Shown here: piece by piece, positions 1 to 12,952 of the stretch
How positions within the stretch are numbered: the first letter of the stretch is position 1
How the letters are laid out: every line of letters begins with the position of its first letter
Assembly: GCA_026936335.1 (NCBI GenBank)
Contig: JAPMXV010000069.1
Span: forward strand, 248,001 to 312,000
Reading direction: 5' to 3'
DNA from: Mantamonas sphyraenae STR306
Taxonomy: Eukaryota; Protista; CRuMs
Length of the DNA stretch: 64,000 nt
Notes under the pieces: model-generated
What the model was told of the DNA's origin: nothing
What the model saw: the letters and a program-made list of their open reading frames with translations, nothing else
Database searches by the model: none
Translations under genes and position numbers: made by a program

Positions 1-2195
1 GATGGGGTCGTAGGTGGAGGTGGGTGGGAGGCCGGAGGTGATGAGTGTGATGAGGGTGCCGCCGGTGTCGGGAGAGCTGGACGGGGAGATGGCGGTGAGG
101 GAGGCGTTGTACGGGGTAAAGAGGGTGGCGGGGGAGGTGTGCCACTGCTGGCCGTCGAGGCTGATGGCGACGGGGAGGGGGGTCAGAGGGAGGTCGGGCG
201 GGGTCATGCAGGTGATGTTGTGGGTGGAGAGGTGGAGGACGGTGGCGAGGAGGGAGCCGATGCGGCAGCGGGGTGTGGGGAAGGGTGGCGGGAGGTTTGT
301 GGGGAGGTAGTGGGCTTGGAGGGTGACGGGTGTGCCGCCTTGGTAGGGGCCGGAGGTGAGGTTGAAGCGAGGGAGGAGGGTGGAAAAGAGGGTGAGGGTG
401 GGCGGGGTGTAGGTGGGCTGGGCGAGGAGGGTGGGGATGGAGACGGAGACGTTGCCGAGGGCGTCGGGGATGGGGGGAGTGGAGCAGTTGAGTTGGGTGG
501 AGGAGAGGGTGACGCAGGCGAGGGCCGGGTAGTGGCGTGCGTTTGCGTGGAAGACGGGGATGTGGGTGGCGTTGAAGTTTGCGCCGCGGATGTCGAGCCA
601 GGTGCCGCCTGTGTTTGGGGCGAGGGGAGGGTAGAGGGAGTGGAGGTAGGGAAAGGTGGGGTTGCAGGTGGTCTGGCCGGGGAGGAGGTTGAGGGTGGGC
701 TGGGGGCAGGAGAGGCAGGAGGTGGCGTTGGCGGTGGTGGAGTAGGTGTGGACGGGGCACGGGGGGCAGGCTTGGAGGGGAGGAGGCGGGCTCGGGGGTT
801 GGTCAAGGGGCGGGGAGTACTGGCCCGGAGAGCAGGCGTCGTTGGGTTTTGTGCGGAGGAGGAGGGCGTCGTAGGAGCCAATGGAGGCTTGGGAGAAGAG
901 GTTGCTGGTGTAGCCGACGGCATACGGGAGGAGGAGGGCGTCGAGGGCGACGGATTGGAGCTGGTCGTCGCCAGAGGTGCCAAACTGGTGGATGCGTAGG
1001 ACGGCGCCGGTGGCAAAGTCGAGCTTGAGGATGAGAAAGTCGTTGTTGCCAAGGGGTTGGGAGCCGAGGGAGCCGGCGGAGCTGCCGACGACGTAGAGGA
1101 CGGAGTCGTCGGGGGCGAGGGCGAGGTCGTGTGGTTCGTCGGTGCTTGTGGTGCCGAGCATGGTGGTCCAGAGGCGTGTGCGAGAGGTTGTGTTCCAGCG
1201 TGTGACGAGGATGTCTTTGGCGGCGGCAAAGGGCTGGGCGTCGACGGAGGAGGTGGAGGAGCCGCAGAGGACGAGGTCGCCGGTGAGGCGGGAAATGTCC
1301 ATGGCTTGGGAGGTGTCGACGGCGGAGCCACCCCACTGGGCGGCCCATATTTGTTGGCCGTTGGTGGTGTTGAAGGCGAGGAGGACGTAGTCGTCCTGGC
1401 CGAGGTGGGGGCCGTAGAGAGAGCCGGATGTGTGGGCAAAGAGGTAGGCGATGTGGGGGTCGGTGGGGTGGGGCTGGAGGGCAGAGGGGATGACGGAGAT
1501 GGACGGGGCGCCGACAAGGACGAGGTAGAGCTGGGAGGCGTTTGTGGGGTCGAGGGCGGCGATGAAGAGGCGGCGGTCGCCGGGGTTGGGGTAGCCGGGA
1601 AAGGCGCCGGTGGAGTCGCCGGCGACGAGGATGCGGGAGGCGTCCGAGGTGAAGGCGGCGGCGCGTGCAAAGTCGTTGCTGGAGGAGCCGATGCGCGCGG
1701 AGAAGGCGAGGGTGGAGTTTGGGTGGAAGGCGAGGATGAGGGCGTCGTTGTCTGTGGAGCCGCCGAGGGCGGTGTAGGAGGAGGTGGAGCCGGTGAAGTA
1801 GGCAGAGAGGAGGATGAGAGGGGGGGAGGAGAGGGGAGGAGGAGGGGGGAGAGAGGGAGAGGGAGGTGGGGATGGTGGAGGAGGAGGCGGTGCCGCCGAG
1901 TTGTTGGGTCCAGAGAGGGGCGCCGGTGGCGTTCCAGGCGATTAGGAAGAGGTCGTTGTTGCTGGAGCGGGTGAATGGGGGGAGGGAGGAGCGGGTGGTG
2001 CCGGCGGTGTAGATGGTGGGGGAGGTGGGGAGGTGGGGGAGGGGGAGATTGTGATTTGCAGGGCGAGATCGGTGGACGGGGTGCCGAATTGGACGGACCA
2101 GTCGGCTAGGGATGGGCCGGGGTGGAAGGTGAGGAGGAGGAGGAGGAGGAGGAGGGGGTGGGGGTGGGGGTGGGGGTGGGGGTGGGGGGGTTCAT
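1..2195 (-). CDS. Secreted/surface protein: signal peptide, SBBP-like beta-propeller repeats, Cys-rich (GCC2/ephrin-receptor-like) segment, multiple IPT/TIG domains; runs off the window edge
   Basis: Frame not in the ORF track. Minus-strand reading gives LLLLLLLLTFHPGPSLA-DWSVQFGT, then QQIWAAQWGGSAVD, LWTTMLGTTSTDEPHDLAL, IHQFGTSGDDQLQSVALD, then CPPCPVHTYSTTANATSCLSCP, then LHSLYPPLAPNTGGTWLDIRGANF, NITCMTPP..VAISLDGQQW and LTAISPSSSPDTGGTLITL. Apparent frameshifts in C-runs near the 5' end. Confidence 0.75.
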
Positions 2196-2452
2196 GCCGG
2201 GGGTTGGGGGGGGGGGGTTTGGGTTGGGTGTGGGGGGGGGTTGGGTGTGGGGGTTGGGTGTGGGGGGGGTTGGGTGTGGGCGGGGGTTGGGTGTGGGGGG
2301 TTGGGTTGGGGGTTGGGTTGGGGGGTTGGGTTGGGGGGTTGGGTTGGAGGGTTTGGGCTGGGGTGGTTGGGTTGGGGGGGGGGTGGGGGGTTGGTTGGGG
2401 GGGTTGGGTTGGAGGGGTTGGGTTGGGGGGGTTGGGCTGGGGGGTTAGGGTT
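2196..2452. repeat. G-rich low-complexity tract of degenerate (TTGGG)n/(GGGTT)n
   Basis: About 250 bp almost entirely G/T, with repeated GGGTT and one TTAGGG. Confidence 0.8.
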
Positions 2453-2541
2453 GTATGCTTGTGTGGATGTGCTGGGTGTCATCGTTTGTCTCCTCCATGG
2501 GCTGCGGTGGCGTTGCTTCATTCCTTCCCCACCCTTCCCAC

Positions 2542-3265
2542 TCATCCAGCTCTCCCCACCCACGCAATCACCCTCTCCATCACCTCGTCTGGCAGTGTCA
2601 TCCACTGTGCAGTCGGTTCGTACGCCTCCATCCCGCCACACCCAAACATCACCTCCCTCTCCTCCCCGTTCATCACCAACGCCACCTCCATCGCCCCATC
2701 CACCTGTCCAGCCCACCCGATGGAATGCCACGCCTTCCTCCACCCTGCCTTCCGCACCGTCTCCACCGTTTCCATCCTCGGCGTCGCACCCCACGCTCGC
2801 AACACTTCAACCAGCCCCTCATCCCCACCCTTCACTGCTCGCTCCAGCGCATTCATCCTCCCCCTCTGCCCTGCACATGTGTCCACAGGCACTCCCCACT
2901 CCCTCAACTCTCTCATCTTGTCCACATTCCCACACTCCAACAAAAACTCCACGTGCTGCATCTTGTTTCTCGCCAACAGCGACTTTAACGCGTCATTGCG
3001 AACGCCCTCGATCCTGCAGCACGACCGATTGCCTTCCAGGATTGCCTTTGTCAGTGCCTCTGCCCCTTCTGTGCCGATGCCGTTGAGCCCGAGAAGCAGT
3101 GCCTGCAAGCTGCTGTTCGCACCCAGTGCCTGCGCCAGTGCTGCTGCTCCTTCGTCCTCGATGTTGTTGCGGCCGAGGCCTAGTCTCTGCAGGGTAGTGT
3201 TCTCACTCAGCGCCTGAGCAAGTGCTGTTGCTCCTTCGTCCCCGATGCTGTTGTTTTCGAGGTTC
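2542..3265 (-). pseudogene. 5'-truncated LRR-ankyrin-PRANC/F-box-like gene (3 LRRs plus C-terminal block)
   Basis: Same C-terminal block as the 28-51 kb array (ECG.VDKMRELREWGVPVD...WMTLPDEVMERVI). The upstream part is replaced by the 3' end of the F-box-like gene. Confidence 0.8.
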
Positions 3266-6200
3266 AAACGCAGTGTACACTTCCCTCAACTTTTTCAGTT
3301 CCTCTGTCTGCTCATCACAATGTGCTGCGTTGCTATGTGGTCTGCCAGACACTCTGATCCCCAGAGACGCACAAAAGTTGGATGTTGCGGCGTCCCAGGC
3401 GCTCCAGTCCTTCTCCCCAAACTCGTACCCACACTCCAACAGCACTTGACAACGGATGAGCGTATCATCAGAATCCCACGACAGCACCTTGCTATACCAA
3501 TGACGATCGTTCTCCCGTCGTTCATGGCACGCCTGGCGGACTCTCTCCACCTTTTCCCACCTCTTCTGCGTCTGTTCACCACAATTCTCTCCTCCCAAGG
3601 CCTCGTACATCCCTTTTGTCACCACCATGAATGGGATGCGCGTCACCAGCTCCTCCAGGATCTGCGGATCCTTGTACTGCAGCAGCAGCTCCAGCAACGG
3701 CAGCCTGCCCACTTCATCGTGGATTTCAAGCAGCGTCTCAAATGCCGTCGAGCTGTCCAACTCGTACAGAAACGGATAAACGTCCGTGGCAATGTCCAGC
3801 TTGCTGCTTTTCTTCAAGAACGGCCTCACCCTGCGACTCATTCCTTGGTCGATGAGCCCACGGACGATGCGCCTCTGCAGCTCAACACTGTACTTGCGGA
3901 AATTGGCGATTCCAGGCATCATGATACCCAGTACGTTCACAGGGAACCCATCGTCCAGCAGCTGCATCCACCTTTCGTCGGTGGCCAGATCCTGCGACCA
4001 CCGCTCCGTCTCCAGCTCCTCTGCGTTCACGAGCTTGCCCACATTCACCACATCCTCGTTCTCCAGCCCCTCCATGGCCACCGTCATCACCTCCGAGTCG
4101 TTGCAGGGTTCTTTCCCCACTGTTCTGCTCATCCACTGCCGTACGTAATTCACAAAGGCCTCAGCCCCATTCTCTTTGCACACGCTCACACATCGATTCA
4201 CCTGCTGTTGCCAGCGTTCTTGCAAGCTTGCCCGAACGGCTTCGGCTCGTGCGTTCTCCTTCAGCGTGTATGGCACCCACAATGCCCGGTCGTCGTCATC
4301 AACGTTGTCCTTGGACAAGAGGATTGGCAACAGCCTTTCGTCATGGTCACATCTGTAGCACTCGAGTATGGTCTCGAGCTCCAGGTGCGCCGTGTGTTGC
4401 TTCACCGCCCACAGTACTGCATCATTGAGTTTCCAATGTGCATACCGCCACCTTGACTCATTGGTACGCTTGATGAATGTCATCACATCCTCCTGGGGAA
4501 GCTCTATGCCATTGCTGTCAAGGACCGCCGTGAGATCCCCTGGGTTGGCTGTTTCAATGACCAACTTCCATGCCTTCCGTTCAATCAGCAAAAGAATGGG
4601 TTCCGTGTGTCGATATGTCTTGTACACGTACGCCACAGTGTCGTCATCCAGCTGCTCTAGTTGGTGGACCAGCACCCACTTCACGGCGAGGCTTGCTCGC
4701 CCACGACGTCCTCTACTTGCACGCTCCAGAAATCGCAGCACATGCTCCTGTGGAAGCACCACGTCCATGCTGTCAAGTACTTTCATCGCTTCATCTGGGC
4801 TTGCAATGTCAATGACTTCCTTCCATGCCTCCCGTTCCACCAGAACAACCAGGAGCTTCTGGAGATCATGTCTGCGGTACAGCTGTGCCACGCCATTGTC
4901 GTCGAATAGTGACACAATTTGACGTGTGCTGGCAATCCACTCCGCGGTTGCCCGATGCGTCCGGGCAGCCTCGTAGAACTCGTCGGCATGTTTGACAAGT
5001 GTGGCCATGGCCTTAACGTCACCCTCCACCAGGATGAGTGCCTTGTGCAGTGCATCCGCTGGTGCATATTCGATCAGAGCATCCATGGGTAGCGTGGACA
5101 GCACACATGAAACCAGTGCGCGGTTGTCCAGCACCTTTGCCAAGTCCTGCACCAGAGTCAAGTTCTTCTCTGATTCACAGAGTGCTTGCAACGCCTTGGG
5201 CCACTCTTCTTCTGGCAACATTTCTGAAATGCAGGCAAGCATGCCATCACACCCACTCAGACCCGCTGCCATTGCTTCCTTCACACCCGCAAGGCCGTGT
5301 CCCACAAACACCTGCGTCAACGCACTGCTGGTGAACCTGGTGAACCGCAACCATTTCCTTTCCTCCGCCGCAAACTTTACGTGTGCAACGATGTTGGACA
5401 GTGGCATGTCTGCCAGTGTTCGTCCCATCGAGTCTGGTGTGCCCAGTTCTCTACTGGTATTCACCCAGGTGGAGTTCAGGAGACTCTTTGGAGCACCTGC
5501 TGCCAATAACACGCCATACTGGGCCTCGCGGAAGGGCACACAGGCCGAGACAGCCTCCTTCAGGGCAGTGTGGGTGCAGCGGCTCAGTTTCGTGTGGCGC
5601 AGGACACAATGCAGCGCAGGCAGTGAGCGGCCACACAGAGATGGCAGGTACTCCACATGCATGCGTTCAGGCACGCTGTTGGGCGCAAAGAGGGAGTACA
5701 GGGCCCGGTGGAAGTACAGGCGGTTCAGGCGCGGCACCCGGTGGCGTGCGTGGCCAAACTTGACGACGACGCCGCCGACGTCGCCCAAGGTGGACGCAAG
5801 GGTGCTCCTCAGTGGCTGGCTGTCCACTTGGTACAGGTCGCCCATGTCCACCATGTGTGTGTTGATGGAAAAGAGGGCGAGGGCCGCCCCGGCGTCCAGA
5901 CGAGGTACGATGCGCTCCCACACCTCGACGGGGATCTGAGAGAGTAGGGTGTCCATACGCGAGGGCGGTGTTCTCTGGCGACGCGGGCGACGGGGGCGGC
6001 GACGCGGGCGACGGGGGGCAGTGTTTTGTGCTGTGTCTCCCTGGTGCTGCTGCTGCTGATCTGTGGATTCCGACCTGTCAGAAACACACACAGCCCACAC
6101 GGATTCACCATGGCCATGTCAGCACAGGGAATGGGTGAGAGGGGGGGGTGATGGGTGGTTGCAGTGCTTCCTACCTGCAAGTCTGTGTGTCGTGGCCGGT

Positions 6201-6326
6201 GAGCTCTGCCGCAGCTTGCATCTTGGCCACCCGCTGACGTTTGGGCGCAGGGGTGGCGTCCACAACTTGGGCAACGTCCTCCTCCTCCTCCTCCTCTCCA
6301 TCCACCGTGGGACGCTTGCGGGACAT
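3203..6326 (-). CDS. F-box-like protein with NLS-bearing first exon and helical repeats (paralog 1)
   Basis: Exon 1 6326-6175 (MSRKRP...PKRQRV); intron 6174-6075 (GTAGGA...GCTGAC...GACAG) joins in frame to the 965-aa ORF; LLSQIPVEVWERIVPRLD..ALALFSIN resembles an F-box. Confidence 0.75.
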
Positions 6327-6446
6327 GAATGGGTGTGAATTTGCCTTGGCAAAGGCCGAGCATCCAGACACGCTCCCGATCACTTTGTCGCAAGGGTGCC
6401 CCTCGTACACTGTTCTGCCCATCTATCTGTGCAGGTCGGGAAGGGA

Positions 6447-9400
6447 TCACAGCGCATCATTTCCATTGCCTTCAAACGCAGTGTACACTTCCCTCAACTT
6501 TTTCAGTTCCTCTGTCTCCTCATCACAATGTGCTGCGACGCTATGTGGTCTCCCAGACACACTGATCCCCAGAGATGCCAAAAAATTGGCCATTCTGCGG
6601 TTCAACCTCCCGCTCCAGTCCTTCTCCCCAAACTCGTACCCACACTCCAACAGCACTTGACAACGGATGAGCGTATCATCAGAACCACGCGATGACAGCA
6701 CCTTGCGAGCCCATTGACGATCGTTCTCCCGTCGTTCATGGCACGCCTGGCGGACTCTCTCTACCTTTTCCCACCTCTTCTGCGTCTGTTCACCACAATT
6801 CTCTCCTCCCACGGCCTCGTACATCCCTTTTGTCACCACCATGAATGGGATGCGCGACACCAGCTCCTCCAGGATCTGCGGATCCTTGTACTGCAGCAGC
6901 AGCTCCAGCAACACCTCGTTGCCCACTTCATCGTGGATTTCAAGCATCTTCTCAAGTGCCGTCGAGTTGTCCAACTCGTACAGAAACGGATAAACGTCCG
7001 TGGCAATGTCCAGCTTGCTGCTTTTCTTCAAGAACGGCCTCACCCTGCGACTCATTCCTTGGTCGATGAGCCCACGGACGATGCGCCTCTGCAGCTCAAC
7101 ACTGTACTTGCGGAAATTGGCGACTCGGTCCATCATGATACCCAGTACCTTTACAGGGAACCCATCGTCCAGCAGCTGCATCCACCTTGCCTCTGTGGCC
7201 AGCTCTTTCGACCACCGCCTGGTCTTCAGCTCTTTTGCGTTCACGAGCTTGCCCACATTCACCACATCCACATTCTCCAGCCCCTCCATGGCCACTGTCA
7301 TCACCTCCGAGTCGCTGCAGGGGTGTTTCCTCACTCTTCTGCTCATCCACTGCCGCACGTATTTCACAAACGCCTCAGCCCCATTCTCTTTGCACACGCT
7401 CACACATCGATTCACCTGCTGTTGCCAGCGTTCTTGCAAGCTTGCCCGAACGGCTTCGGCTCGTGCGTTCTCCTTCAGCGTGTATGGCACCCACAATGCC
7501 CGGTCGTCGTCATCAACGTTGTCCTTGGACAACAGGATTGGCAACAGCCTTTCGTCATGGTCACATCTGTAGCACTCGAGTATGGTCTCGAGCTCCAGGT
7601 GCGCCGTGTGTTGCTTCACCGCCCACAGTACTGCATAATTGAGTTTCCAATTTTCACGCCACCCCCTCAACTCATGGGTACGCTTGATGAATGTCATCAC
7701 ATGCTCTTGGGGAAGCTCTATGCCATTGCTGTCCAGGTGCGCCATGAGATCCCCTGGGTTGGCTGTCTCAATAACCAACTTCCATGCCTTCCGTTCAATC
7801 AGCAAACGAATGGCTTCCTTGTGTCGATATGTCTTGTACACGTGCGCCACAGTGCGGTCAGTTAGATGTTCCCCGTGGTGGAGCAGCACCCACTTCACGG
7901 CGAGACTCCCTTCGCTGCCATATGCTCTTTGGGCACGCTTGAGCAATGGCAGCACATGCTCCTGCGGAAGCTCCATGCCCTTGCTGTCAAGTACTTCCGT
8001 CAGTGCATCTAGGCTTGCAATGTCAATGACTTCCTTCCATGCCCCCCGTTCCACCAGACCAGCCAGAAATCCGTCGAGACGATATTTTTGATATAGCTGT
8101 GCCACGGCATCAATGTCGAGTTGTGACGTGATTTGAGGTGTGCTGGCAATCCACTCCCTCGTTTCCGGATCCGTCAGGGCAGCCTCGTAGAACTGTTTGG
8201 CGTGTTTGACAAGTGTGGCCATGGCCTTAACGTCCCCCTCCACCAGGATCAGTGCCTTGTGCAGTGCATCCGCTGGTGCATATTCGATCAGAGCATCCAT
8301 GGGTAGCGTGGACAGCACACATGAAACCAGTGCGCGGTTGTCCAGCACCTTTGCCAAGTCCTGCACCAGAGTCAAGTTCTTCTCTGATTCACAGAGTGCT
8401 TGCAACGCCTTTGGCCATTCGGGTTCTGGCAACATTTCTGCAATGCAGGCAAGCATGCCATCACACCCACTCAGACCCGCTGCCATTGCCTCCTTCAAAC
8501 CAGCAAGGCCGTGTCCCACAAACACCTGCGTCAAGGCGTTGTCTGTGCAAGGCACAGGATCTCTACAGCGCTCCACGAAAGCCGCTATGTTGGACAGTGG
8601 TACGTCTGCCAGTGTTCGTCCTATCGAGTCTGGGTTACCCAGTCGTTCGTACAGCGAAAGCTCCTCTTTGTCTCCATCGTAGATTGCGTCGACGCTGGGA
8701 AACACCCAGGCGGAGTTCAGGAGACTCTTTGGAGCACCTGCTGCCAATAACACGCCATACTGGGCCTCGCAGAAGGGCACACAGGCCAAGAGAGCCTCCT
8801 TCAGGGCAGTGTGGGTGCAGCGGCTCAGTTTCGTGTGGCGCAGGACACAATGCAGCGCAGGCAGTGAGCGGCCACACAGAGATGGCAGGTACTCCACATG
8901 CATGCGTTCAGGCACGCTGTTGGGCGCAAAGAGGGAGTACAGGGCCCGGTGGAAGTACAGGCGGTTCAGGCGCGGCACGCGGTAGCGGGTGTGGCCAAAC
9001 TTGACGACGACGCCGCCGACGTCGCCCAAGGTGGACGCAAGGGTGCTCCTCAGTGGCTGGCTGTCCACTTGGTACAGGTCGCCCATGTCCACCATGTGTG
9101 TGTTGATGGAAAAGAGGGCGAGGGCCGCCCCGGCGTCCAGACGGGGTACGACGCGCTCCCACACCTCGACGGGGATCTGAGAGAGTAGGGTGTCCATACG
9201 CGAGGGCGGTGTTCTCTGGCGACGGGGGCGACGCGGGCGACGGGGGGCAGTGTTCTGTGCTGTGTCTCCCTGCTGCTGCTGCTGCTGATCAGTGGACTCC
9301 GACCTGCCAGAAACACACACAGCCCACACGGATTCACCATGGCCATGTCAGCACAGGGAATGGGTGAGAGGGGGGGGGGGTGATGGGTGGTTGCAGTGCT

Positions 9401-9558
9401 TCCTACCTGCAAGTCTGTGTGTCGTGGCCGGTGAGCTCTGCCGCAGCTTGCATCTTGGCCACCCGCTGACGTTTGGGCGCAGGGGTGGCGTCCACAACTT
9501 GGGTAACGTCCTCCTCCTCCTCCTCCTCTCCATCCACCGTGGGACGCTTGCGGGACAT
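6447..9558 (-). CDS. F-box-like protein, paralog 2 (tandem duplicate)
   Basis: 960-aa ORF with the same exon 1 (ATG 9558) and intron 9406-9304; about 3.25-kb tandem unit. Confidence 0.75.
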
Positions 9559-10165
9559 GAATGGGTGTGAATTTGCCTTGGCAAAGGCCGAGCATCCAGA
9601 CACTCTCCCTGTCACCTACGATACCCTCCCTTTGTCGCAAGGGTGCCCCTCGTACACTGTTCTGCCCATCTATCTGTGCAGGTCGGGAAGGGATCACAGC
9701 GCATCATTTTCCATTGCCTTCAAACGCAGTGTTCACGTTTTGCCCCACGTTTGCACTGCTTCCTGCTTTCCACTGGGTCACTGGCACCGCTGACGCGCTT
9801 GCAACCCAGCTACAGGTCTACCATTCGTCATTCTCACCACGTGTTCACCTCGGCCTCGTCGTTCTTTGAGTCCATCATGACCGCCGACTGAGAAAAAAAG
9901 ATTCAGCGCGAACGAAAAGCGCAACTTCTGAGTCACGCTCTCTTTCAATCCCACAAGACAGACCTGCAACCTACGTCCACAAGTCCACATCCCACAGCAA
10001 CTGAGAACAACGAAAGTTGTGTTTTTCTCTTGCATTCTCGTTTTGTTTTTTCTTCTCCCCTCCTAGACACCTGGCATGCGTGCATTTGTTTGTACATTGG
10101 CGCTTGTCGGAGAGACCATTGTTGCGAGGTCTGCTTCGGCGTGGGGATTGCACTGCCACGGTGCC

Positions 10166-12713
10166 TCACCCACGCTCCAGAGCCTCCCCCCTCTGCACAA
10201 CCTCTCTCACGTCGGCCACATCCGCCTCATCCAGCGCCTCCATGGCCACCAACAGCACCTCTGCGTCGGTGCAGCGCTTCTCCGTCACGGCCCTGCCCAT
10301 CCATTGGCGCACGTGGCTCACAAACGCCTCGGCGCCGTGGTCGCGGCACACAGCCGCACAGCGCTCCACCTGCTTCTCCCAGCGCCGTTGCACACTCTTG
10401 CGCGCAAAGCCGCTTTGCACCGTCGCCGTTAGCTCGTGCGGCACCCACAACACCTTGTCCTCGTCGGCAAACTTGTCCCGGTGCAACAGACTCGGCAGGA
10501 ACCTCTCGTCATGGCCGTCTCGGTAGCACTCGAGCACCGTATCGACGTCCAGCTGTGCCTTGTGGTGCCTCACCAGCCACAACACAGTGTCGTCGTAGCG
10601 CGCACGCTGTCGGGCCCACGCGAGAAAGTCGCTCACATACTCCGTCGGCAGCTTCATGTGCGCCCGCGCAAGGCTCGTGGTCACATCGTCCGGGCTCGCA
10701 ATGGCAAACACCGTCTCCCACGCCCTGCGCTTCACCAACACCTGCACGGCCTCTTGCAGGCGAAACTTGGCGTGGAGCGCCACCACCACGTCGTCGGCCA
10801 GTCGCTCCGCGTGGTGCTGCAGCAACCACCGCACCGCATTCGAATTCTTCCACCCCGTCTCGCCACTCGCGCGCAGGCGCTCCAGAAAAGGGAGCACGTG
10901 CTCGCGTGGCAGTACCATGTCCATCGCGCCGAGCTGCTCCGTCAGTTGCCACGGGTGCGCAAGGCCGACGACCGTCTCCCACGCCTTGCGCCTCACCAGC
11001 ACACCAATGGCCTCGCCGTGCTCATGCGTCTGGTACAGGTCCACCAGCGTGTCGTGGTCCAGCAAGTGCGCGTGGCGCACCAGCGCCCACTTGAGGGCAC
11101 GCCGCTGCGACAGGTGTCCGGCACGCGCGATAAACGACAGCACATGCTCCTGCGGAAGCACCATGCCCATCGTGTCCAGGTGCGCCGCAAGCTCGGTCGG
11201 GTCGGTCTTGTCCACCAGCAGTTGCCACGCCTCACGCTCCACCAGCAGCCGAATGGCGCCCTTGAGCCGGTGCCGCGTGTACAGGTCGACCAGCGCATCG
11301 TCGTCCAGTCTCGACACGACCCGCGGCGTGTCAAACATCCACGTCGCCGTGGCCTCGGACCGGCATGCCGCCCGGTAAAAGTCGTCGGCGTGTTGGGCCA
11401 GCACACACAGGGCTTGCTCCTCGCCGTGCACGACCGCAAGCGCCCCGTGCAGCTCGCTCGGTTGCGTGCTCTCGACAAGAACAGCCATGGGCAGCGTGGA
11501 CAGCACACACGCAACGAGCGCAGGCTGGTCCAGGACACTGCCAAGGTCCTTCAGACACGTCAAATCGTGCGCCGCGTGACAGACTCGCAACAAGGCCGGC
11601 CACTCGGCCTCCGGCAGGACCTCGGGAATGAGAGCAAGCATGTCATCCCAGCCGCTCAGTCCCATGGCCATCGCTTGGCCCACACCGGCCACGCCGTGCC
11701 CCACCAGCACCTGCGTCACCGCGTTGTCCGTGCACCGCACACGTTCGCCACTGTACTCCACGTACGCGGCCACGTTGGACAGCGGCACGTCCGCCAGTGT
11801 CCGGCCCATAGAGTCCGGGTCACCCAGTCGCGCGTACGACCTGCGAAAGTTGGCGTGGTCGCCGTCGTAGATGTCGTGGCGCAGACTCATGAACCATCGC
11901 CTGTCTTGCACAAGCCTCCTCGGCGCACCCGCTGCCAAGAGCACACCCGCCTGCGCCTCGCGGAAGGGCACACAGGCTTCCACGACCCGCACGAGGGTCC
12001 TGTTGGTGCAGCGGCTCAGTTTCGTGTGGCGCAGGACACAATGCAGCGCAGGCAGCGAGCGGCCACACACAGACGGCAGGTCGTGCACGTTTAGGCGCTT
12101 GGGCACGCTGGTGGGCGCAAAGAGGGAGTAGAGGGCCCCGTGGAAGAACAGGCGGTTCAGGCGAGGTACCCGGTGGCGTGCGTGGCCAAACTTGACGACG
12201 ACGCCGCCGACGTCGCCCAAGGTGGACGCAAGGGTGCTCCTCAGTGGCTGGCTGTCCACTTGGTACAGGTCGCCCATGTCGACCATGTGTGTGTTGATGG
12301 AAAAGAGGGCGAGGGCCGCCCCGGCGTCCAGGCGGGGTACGATGCGCTCCCACACCTCGACGGGGATCTGAGAGAGTAGGGTGTCCATGCGTGCGGGGGA
12401 CGTGGCGTGGCGACGCCGGGCGGTGGGGTGTGGCGGCGTGTAGAGCTGGGCGTCGGGGGATTCCGGCCTGTCAAGGGGAGCGGGGGTCGGGGGGGTGTTA
12501 GGGGGGGAAAAGGGGGGAAAGGGGGAGGGGGAGGAAGGGGGAGGGGGGGAGGAAGGGGGATACCTGCGGGTCGGTGTGGTGTGGTACGTCGCGTCGTCGG
12601 GCAGCGCGGAAATGTTTGCGAGGGCGATATGCTTGGCCACACGCTGGCGTTTGGGGGCAGGGGTGGACGGGGGGAGGAGGGGGGGAGCGGGGGGAGGGTA
12701 GGGAGAGGGACAT
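10166..12713 (-). CDS. F-box-like protein, paralog 3 (more divergent, more helical repeats; start uncertain)
   Basis: Identical MDTLLSQIPVEVWERIVPRL N-terminal block, PAPKRQRV motif and equivalent intron (CAG|GTATCC...TTGACAG). The stop lies within a possible GTGAGG donor, so the gene may continue. Confidence 0.7.
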
Positions 12714-12952
12714 GAGGGTGGGTGCGGTGATGGGTTGGGTTGGGTGGGGGGCGGGGAGGGGGCGGGGAGGGGTGTCGGGGGGTGGGGAGGGAGGGGTGTC
12801 GGGGGGGGGGTGGGGAGGGGAGAGGCGTCGCAGGGCAGGGGTGCATGGGCGACGGGGTCGGCAGGGTCGTTGTCGGGCTGGGACGGGAGGTGGGCGCTGT
12901 GGGAAGGACGGGCCCCAGGGGCGCAACCAACATTTTCCAACATTTTTCAAGC

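Noticed and set aside
139-1974. Gly-rich plus-strand and Pro/Ser-rich minus-strand ORFs
   Set aside because: Shadow frames of the propeller/IPT gene
9780-10060. Possible U3 snoRNA or Pol III RNA (GAGCGTGA, hairpins, T-run on the minus strand)
   Set aside because: Other U3 boxes not convincing; GCTGAATCTTTTTTTCTCAG fits an intron 3' end better
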